Below, piece by piece: positions 58,621 to 64,000 of a DNA stretch of 64,000 bases; positions within the stretch are counted from its first letter, which is position 1; the number at the start of each line of letters is the position of its first letter. Under the pieces are notes generated by a model. That model made no database searches. It saw only the letters and a program-made list of their open reading frames with translations, and had not been told where the DNA came from. A program made the position numbers and the translations under genes. Origin of the DNA: a bacterium. Its GTDB lineage: Bacteria; SZUA-182; DTGQ01. The DNA is taken from NCBI GenBank assembly GCA_040752695.1, contig JBFMGO010000012.1, positions 1 through 64,000 on the forward strand, given 5' to 3'.

Positions 58621-61203
58621 ATGTTATCTCAAGTGACTAACTGGAGTGTAAAGAGAAAATTTAGTCTGATTCTAGCCATACTTTTTTTACCTGCATCGTT
58701 AACATTCAGCTTCTTCACCTATCGCCAGGAATATCTGACCAGGGTTGAAGCGGAAACAGCAAAAGCCAGACTGGTGGCCGGGAGCCTGAACGAGCATTGG
58801 AGCGAGCTCATACAGGGGATGGAAACAGGAGCGGGCGCAGGCTCTTTTGGAAAAGCGGCAGAGAATTCTGTCTCCGGTTTCAGCCACAGTTCGGAACTGG
58901 TGACCCGGATTTTAGGCCCATCCCTTTCGGTTCGCTATGTCTCTTTAACCCCTCTTAATCCACGGAACAGGGCGGACTCTTTTGAGCAGGAAGGAATACG
59001 GATGCTGGAGCGCGAGGAGGGGGACCAGGATGAATATGTGAAATTGAGTTGGCTCGAAGGAGAAAAAGCTATTCGCTACTTAAAGCCTCTTCGCGGCAAG
59101 GATGCCTGTCTGCAATGTCACCGTTCTCCGAAAAGTACGGCTGCAACCTCCATGGGGCATTCTCCTTCCGGGGAAGCCGGTTCTGTCGATCGGGAGGGAG
59201 CCATGCTGCTGGGGTGTATTTCAATAACCGTTCCTTATCGGGTCTTTGGCCTGCCCCTTGAGAAAAACCTGGAAAGATCTGTCTTGGTCAACTTCGGGAT
59301 TTTCGGATTCATGATTTTAGTCTGGCTCATTTTTGCCAAGGTTCATATCCAAGATCGGCTTGACGAGTTATCGAAAGAGATGGCCGCCGTCGCCGGTGGA
59401 GAGGATGGCAGGTCTGATGGAGCGGAAGAAATCAGGGGCAGCCGTAACGAAGAAATCAGGGGCAGCCGCAACGATGAGATTGGGTCTTTATTTGCAAGCT
59501 TTTACGCAATGCGGTCGCAGGTCAGGCAAAGGGTGCAGCTTTTGAAAGGAGAAGCAGAGCTGTGCCAAAGTCTTGCCCGATCGGCAGTCTTTGGAGTGAT
59601 AGTCCTGGATATCGAAGGGAAGATACTTCTTTTCAATGACGGTGCGGAAAAGATCTTTGGCTGGAAAAGAGGTGAAGTTCTGAACCAGAAGGCAACATTA
59701 CTGATACCGCCGAAGCTTCGCCGGGAGTACAAATATGCCCTTATGCAGCGGCTGAGAGACGCCCGCCTTCGGGAAGAGCCTATTGAAGCGCCCGGCATGC
59801 GAAAGGATGGGGTGGAATTTTTTGCCCGTCTATCCGTATCGGCAGGCAAAACTTCAGGAGGCAGGATATTTACCGTTATTATTCAGGACATAACGGAGCA
59901 GAAAAGAAAAGAGGGAGAAATGAGCAGGCAGAATGAGAAGCTGGTCCTGTTGAACCAGATATCGACTGAGCTGCTTCTTGAGCGTGACCTGAAAAAACTG
60001 GCTGAACGTTCTCTGGATGAGTCCCTGGAGCTGACTGACAGTCCCTTTGGCCTTTTTCTGTTAAAGAACAAGGATGGAGACCTGGTGCCATTGACGATGA
60101 TGGGATTATCGGCTCATAAGGAGGAGAATGAGGAAGTTCCGCAGGTATTTCGTCCTATCGGCGTTCTGGGGGAGATTATGCGTAAGAAGATGCCGTATCT
60201 CATTAATACCAGGCCCAGGTTGGCGTCGGTGGGAGAGAATCGCACGGTTCTTTCCTTTGGCAAGTTTTCTTTTTATTCTTTTCTGGGAGCGCCTATCATC
60301 TCCGACGGGGAAGTGATTGGTGTCATTTGTGTAGCCAACAGACCCGAAGGATACACGGGCAAAGAGCAGGAGCTTTTGTCTGCACTGGCTGATGATCTTT
60401 CTCTGCTCATTATCAGAAATGCGGTTGAAAAGGAAACCAGGGTCTTGAAGGAGGAGTTTCAAACCCTTTTCGACCAATCGAGCGACATGATCGTTCTTTG
60501 TAACCTGGAAGGGAGAATCATCGCCGTGAACTACCGGGTAGTTCAGTATACCGGATATGCCTATCAGGAATTAATCGATTATGCTTTCTGGAAGCTTCAT
60601 CTGCCCGATGAGGAGCGAAAATGCAGGGAGTTCCTGAAAAGAGTTCTTAAAATGGAAACCTTCCGCCTTGAAAGTATTTTCCGGCAAAAAAACGGGGGTT
60701 CGTTCCCGGTGGATCTTCATGCTCATGTGGTGGCTTTTGGGGATCAGAAGGTTATTCAGGTGGTTATCAGAGACATGATTCAATCCAAAAAGGCGGAAAG
60801 CGATTTTAAAAACCAGATCGAGAGCCTGACCAAAAGGCTGGCGGAGTACCGCAGGGAAATGACCTTTTTCCGTATGGTGGTGGATACTTTGTCGGAGTAT
60901 GTGATCCTGACTGACAGGACAGGAAGAATCCTTCTGGCCAATGCTTCATTTTGCCAGAGGTTCGGTTATGCTCAGGATGAATTGGTTGGCCAGCCGGTTG
61001 AATTTCTTTTCAGTCCTGACCTGTCGATTGATACGGTTGATCAGATTATCACTCACGCCATGGAGAAAGGCTGGAACGGGGGAGTGGTACATCTGACGAA
61101 AGGGGGACAAAAGATCCAGTTGAAACTCTCCATGCAGGCGGTTCATGACCCTGGAAACGGAATTTTCGGTCTTGTGGGGATATATTCAGAGTGTATGGTC
61201 TAA
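58621..61203 (+). CDS. Membrane sensor: c-type heme (DUF3365/Tll0287-like) domain, HAMP, PAS, GAF, PAS, PAS; no output domain
   Basis: Two TMs flank PLNPRNRADSFE...CLQCH; HAMP NDEIGSL; three PAS starts; GAF SFLGAPI...VIGVICVAN. Confidence 0.85.
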   Translation: MLSQVTNWSVKRKFSLILAILFLPASLTFSFFTYRQEYLTRVEAETAKARLVAGSLNEHWSELIQGMETGAGAGSFGKAAENSVSGFSHSSELVTRILGPSLSVRYVSLTPLNPRNRADSFEQEGIRMLEREEGDQDEYVKLSWLEGEKAIRYLKPLRGKDACLQCHRSPKSTAATSMGHSPSGEAGSVDREGAMLLGCISITVPYRVFGLPLEKNLERSVLVNFGIFGFMILVWLIFAKVHIQDRLDELSKEMAAVAGGEDGRSDGAEEIRGSRNEEIRGSRNDEIGSLFASFYAMRSQVRQRVQLLKGEAELCQSLARSAVFGVIVLDIEGKILLFNDGAEKIFGWKRGEVLNQKATLLIPPKLRREYKYALMQRLRDARLREEPIEAPGMRKDGVEFFARLSVSAGKTSGGRIFTVIIQDITEQKRKEGEMSRQNEKLVLLNQISTELLLERDLKKLAERSLDESLELTDSPFGLFLLKNKDGDLVPLTMMGLSAHKEENEEVPQVFRPIGVLGEIMRKKMPYLINTRPRLASVGENRTVLSFGKFSFYSFLGAPIISDGEVIGVICVANRPEGYTGKEQELLSALADDLSLLIIRNAVEKETRVLKEEFQTLFDQSSDMIVLCNLEGRIIAVNYRVVQYTGYAYQELIDYAFWKLHLPDEERKCREFLKRVLKMETFRLESIFRQKNGGSFPVDLHAHVVAFGDQKVIQVVIRDMIQSKKAESDFKNQIESLTKRLAEYRREMTFFRMVVDTLSEYVILTDRTGRILLANASFCQRFGYAQDELVGQPVEFLFSPDLSIDTVDQIITHAMEKGWNGGVVHLTKGGQKIQLKLSMQAVHDPGNGIFGLVGIYSECMV

Positions 61204-61224
61204 ACACCGGGCAAGGTCCGGATA

Positions 61225-62211
61225 TTATGCCTTGTTGCAACACGCTCGCAATACCTCCAAAAGGTGAGCGAAGTCCTCCGGCAGGGGGGCGGTGAATTCC
61301 AGGTAGTTTTTCCCTTCAGGATGGATAAAACCCAGGACTTCGGCATGCAGGGCCTGCCGCTTCAAATCGGCAGCGGCCTGACACACTTTCGGGTACTTCT
61401 TGATGGATGGAGGGGGCTTGCGGTATCCGTAGACCGGATCTCCCACCAAAGGATGCCCGATATGGCTCAAATGAACCCGGATCTGATGGGTTCTGCCGGT
61501 TTTGAGGCAGACCCGAAGGAGGCTGAATAAAGGGTCGCAACCAGGGAGAGCCTCCTCTACCATATAATGTGTAATGGCCAGCCTCCCCCTTCTGGTCATG
61601 GTGGACATTTTTTTCCGGTCGGTAACATGCCTGCCGATCCGGGTTTCGATTTCCCCTTCAGACTGTGGCAGCTTTCCGTAAACCAGAGCCCTGTAAATCT
61701 TCTTGACCATCCTGGCCTTGATCTGCTCGCTCAAGCTCCGGTGGGCGGCATCGGTCTTGGCCACAATCAAAAGACCCGTGGTATCTTTGTCCAGTCGGTG
61801 AACAATGCCCGGTCTTGTTACTCCGCCGATTCCGGAAAGGAACCGGCAGTGGTGGAGGAGGGCGTTTACCAGGGTTCCGTCGATGTTTCCTGCCGCAGGG
61901 TGAACAACCATACCGCTGGGCTTATTGACGACAATGATCGAGTCATCCTCATACACGATATCAAGGGGAATAGCCTGCGGTATCGCTTGAGTTACTTTCG
62001 GCTCCGGTAGGGTGACCTCGATGTGGTCACCTTCCCTGAGTGAATAGCCCGTCTTGTTCATGGTTATACCGTTGACGCTGATCTGGCCCGCTTCCAGAAG
62101 CCTTTGGATTTGGGATCTCGATAGGTCGAGATCCTGTCTTTGGCTCAAGAAACGATCGATGCGCTGGCGGACATCCTCCGGACGTATAGTGAATTGGTAT
62201 AACCTGTTCAT
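61225..62211 (-). CDS. rluD: 23S rRNA pseudouridine synthase
   Basis: S4 domain, NKPSGMVVHP, GIVHRLDKDTTG and TGRTHQIRVH. Confidence 0.93.
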   Translation of the reverse strand: MNRLYQFTIRPEDVRQRIDRFLSQRQDLDLSRSQIQRLLEAGQISVNGITMNKTGYSLREGDHIEVTLPEPKVTQAIPQAIPLDIVYEDDSIIVVNKPSGMVVHPAAGNIDGTLVNALLHHCRFLSGIGGVTRPGIVHRLDKDTTGLLIVAKTDAAHRSLSEQIKARMVKKIYRALVYGKLPQSEGEIETRIGRHVTDRKKMSTMTRRGRLAITHYMVEEALPGCDPLFSLLRVCLKTGRTHQIRVHLSHIGHPLVGDPVYGYRKPPPSIKKYPKVCQAAADLKRQALHAEVLGFIHPEGKNYLEFTAPLPEDFAHLLEVLRACCNKA

Positions 62212-62219
62212 TGTTCATG

Positions 62220-62248
62220 CCTTTTTAAAGGGGGAGCGAAGGGGATTT
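62220..62248 (-). repeat. REP-like element related to 49958-49990
   Basis: Reverse complement reads aaatccccttcgctccccctttaaaaagg. Confidence 0.5.
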
Positions 62249-62271
62249 GGGAAAAATTGTGCCTTTCATCC

Positions 62272-64000
62272 TCAGGCTGAGTGGGTTATTACCTTGTGCA
62301 ATATCTCACTCAGGGTTTTTATTCCATATGGTTTGGCAATAGCACCGCAAAAGCCGTATTCTTTATATTCCGACATGATGGGATCATCGTTGTAACCACT
62401 GGAGACAATTCCCTTGGCATTCGGGTCTATGGCAAGCAGTTTCTTTAGGGCTTCTTTTCCTCCCATCCCGCCGGGAATAGTCAAATCCATGATAACAGCG
62501 TCAAAGCTCTCCCCCGTTTCTCTTTTCTTTTTATAGAGCTCAATCGCTTCAGCGCCATCTTGAGCATATTCAACTTCATATCCGAGACGAGCCAGCATCT
62601 TTCCCATCATATTCCTGATACTGGGTTGATCATCCATACAGAGGACCTTGCCTTTGCCTCGAAAAATTTTTTCACCAGCATCATCTTTCGCTTCTTTGAT
62701 GGTTTCTGTTTCTGCAGCAGGGAGGTAGACACGAAAAGTCGCCCCGGAGCCTGCTTCAGACTCTACGGTAATATGGCCTCCATGCTTTTTGATAATAGAA
62801 TAGGTGATCGCTAAACCGAGGCCGCTCCCTTTTGGCTTGGTCGTAAAAAACGGATCAAATATTTTGTGGAGATGTTCTTTCTGTATACCGACTCCCTGAT
62901 CCTTTATGGATACTTCGATATATTTTCCCTTTTTTAATGCTCTGTTGTCACCATTATTACCCGATCCGATAATCATATCTGGATTATCTCTCGATCCGAT
63001 GATCATATCTGGCCCAACAGTCGCATCTGCCCCGACCATTACATTTTCAGCACATACTCTGATTATTCCGCCTTCAGGCATAGCCTGCGCGGCATTGATC
63101 ACCAAGTTATTGATAACCTGATTTATCTGTCCTTCGTCAATATTCGCGCACCAAAGATCATCTGCCAGAGACAATTCGCACTTAGCCTGAGAACCACTTA
63201 AGGCAAGGTGAATGGTATCTTTTAATAAATCCGTAATGGGAACGATTTTCTTTATCGGCTCTCCCCCCTGGGAAAAAGTAAGCAATTGCTGAGTCAAGTA
63301 TTTTGTCTGATGAGATGCTCTTTTTATCTCTTCCACTATTTCCAGGATATTATCTCCCGATTTTGCATAAAATTCCACCAGAGAAAGATTACCGATGATA
63401 GTGGTTAACAGGTTGTTAAAGTCATGAGCGATACCACCGGCGAGAACCCCAAGGGATTCGAGTTTTTGAATTTTTTGCAGCTCGTCTTCTATCTTTTTGC
63501 GCACGGTAATATCGCGGGCCAGACAGAGGATAACCTTACGCCCACGATACTCGATCATGCTCAGTCTTCCTTCGACCGGAAAGGTCGATCCATCCTTTCT
63601 GCGGTGAGTACAGGGAAATGTCGCTGTACCGCGCCCCAAACCGTCCAGCAGTGCGGCCATTTTCTCCTGGTTATGGCACGGGTTAATGTCTCCCATGGTC
63701 ATATTCAGCAACTCGTCACGGCTATAGCCGAGACTTTCGCATGTTTGCTGATTGACATTGATGATGTTACCTCCTCTATCGTATACAACCACTGCGTCGG
63801 GTGCTCGTTCGATCATCTCCTGCAGGGAACGCTCATGCTCTATCAGGTCTCTTACCAGATATGCATTCTCGATGGAGATGGATGCCTGCACGGCAAAGGA
63901 GCTCATCAGTTCGAGTTCGTTCTGTCCGAAGATTCCACCGGCCATGCGGTTGTCGAGATAGATCACGCCCAGGAACTTCTCTCGTGCCTTAAGCGGTACA
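62272..64000 (-). CDS. Hybrid sensor histidine kinase (GAF-PAS-HisKA-HATPase-REC), N-terminus beyond the window
   Basis: GAF tail GVIYLDN...ISIENA, H-box GGIAHDFNNLL, FDPFFTTK, GSGLGL and receiver IMDLTIPG. The frame is open to the window edge. Confidence 0.93.
   Translation of the reverse strand, partial: VPLKAREKFLGVIYLDNRMAGGIFGQNELELMSSFAVQASISIENAYLVRDLIEHERSLQEMIERAPDAVVVYDRGGNIINVNQQTCESLGYSRDELLNMTMGDINPCHNQEKMAALLDGLGRGTATFPCTHRRKDGSTFPVEGRLSMIEYRGRKVILCLARDITVRKKIEDELQKIQKLESLGVLAGGIAHDFNNLLTTIIGNLSLVEFYAKSGDNILEIVEEIKRASHQTKYLTQQLLTFSQGGEPIKKIVPITDLLKDTIHLALSGSQAKCELSLADDLWCANIDEGQINQVINNLVINAAQAMPEGGIIRVCAENVMVGADATVGPDMIIGSRDNPDMIIGSGNNGDNRALKKGKYIEVSIKDQGVGIQKEHLHKIFDPFFTTKPKGSGLGLAITYSIIKKHGGHITVESEAGSGATFRVYLPAAETETIKEAKDDAGEKIFRGKGKVLCMDDQPSIRNMMGKMLARLGYEVEYAQDGAEAIELYKKKRETGESFDAVIMDLTIPGGMGGKEALKKLLAIDPNAKGIVSSGYNDDPIMSEYKEYGFCGAIAKPYGIKTLSEILHKVITHSA

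Overview
Chromosomal window from a Gram-negative, probably anaerobic bacterium. It has LptD and a Wza-type exporter, and its xerC-hslVU-arg-lys-dap order resembles Desulfobacterota; the taxonomy is inference. Contents in order: (1) the 5' part of a sigma54-led exopolysaccharide operon (Wza, split Wzc, epimerase, B12 radical SAM, ACP, acyl-CoA ligase), whose tyrosine kinase carries a DUF4388/MshEN-like insertion; (2) xerC-hslVU-argDFGH-lysA-dapFAB, interrupted by decaying ATPase and toxin-antitoxin genes; (3) a large secreted M4-type metalloprotease; (4) two paralogous secreted proteins with long Gly-Gly-Leu-Tyr tracts; (5) a five-gene specialised Hsp70 operon (zinc-ribbon Hsp70, zinc-ribbon/TM/LysM protein, TPR protein, HPD-less J-like protein, GrpE); (6) housekeeping genes mog, holB, PSP1, rsmA, pdxA, accD, folC, lptD, a fabK-like gene and rluD; (7) a cadherin-like secreted protein, a lipoprotein with a structured tandem-repeat leader, output-less sensor proteins and a truncated hybrid kinase. 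Best novelty candidates: the Hsp70/LysM operon, the MshEN-inserted BY-kinase, the GGLY proteins and a putative sigma54 extracellular-matrix regulon. No rRNA, tRNA, CRISPR array or intact transposase was recognised. All calls are by eye; no searches were run.
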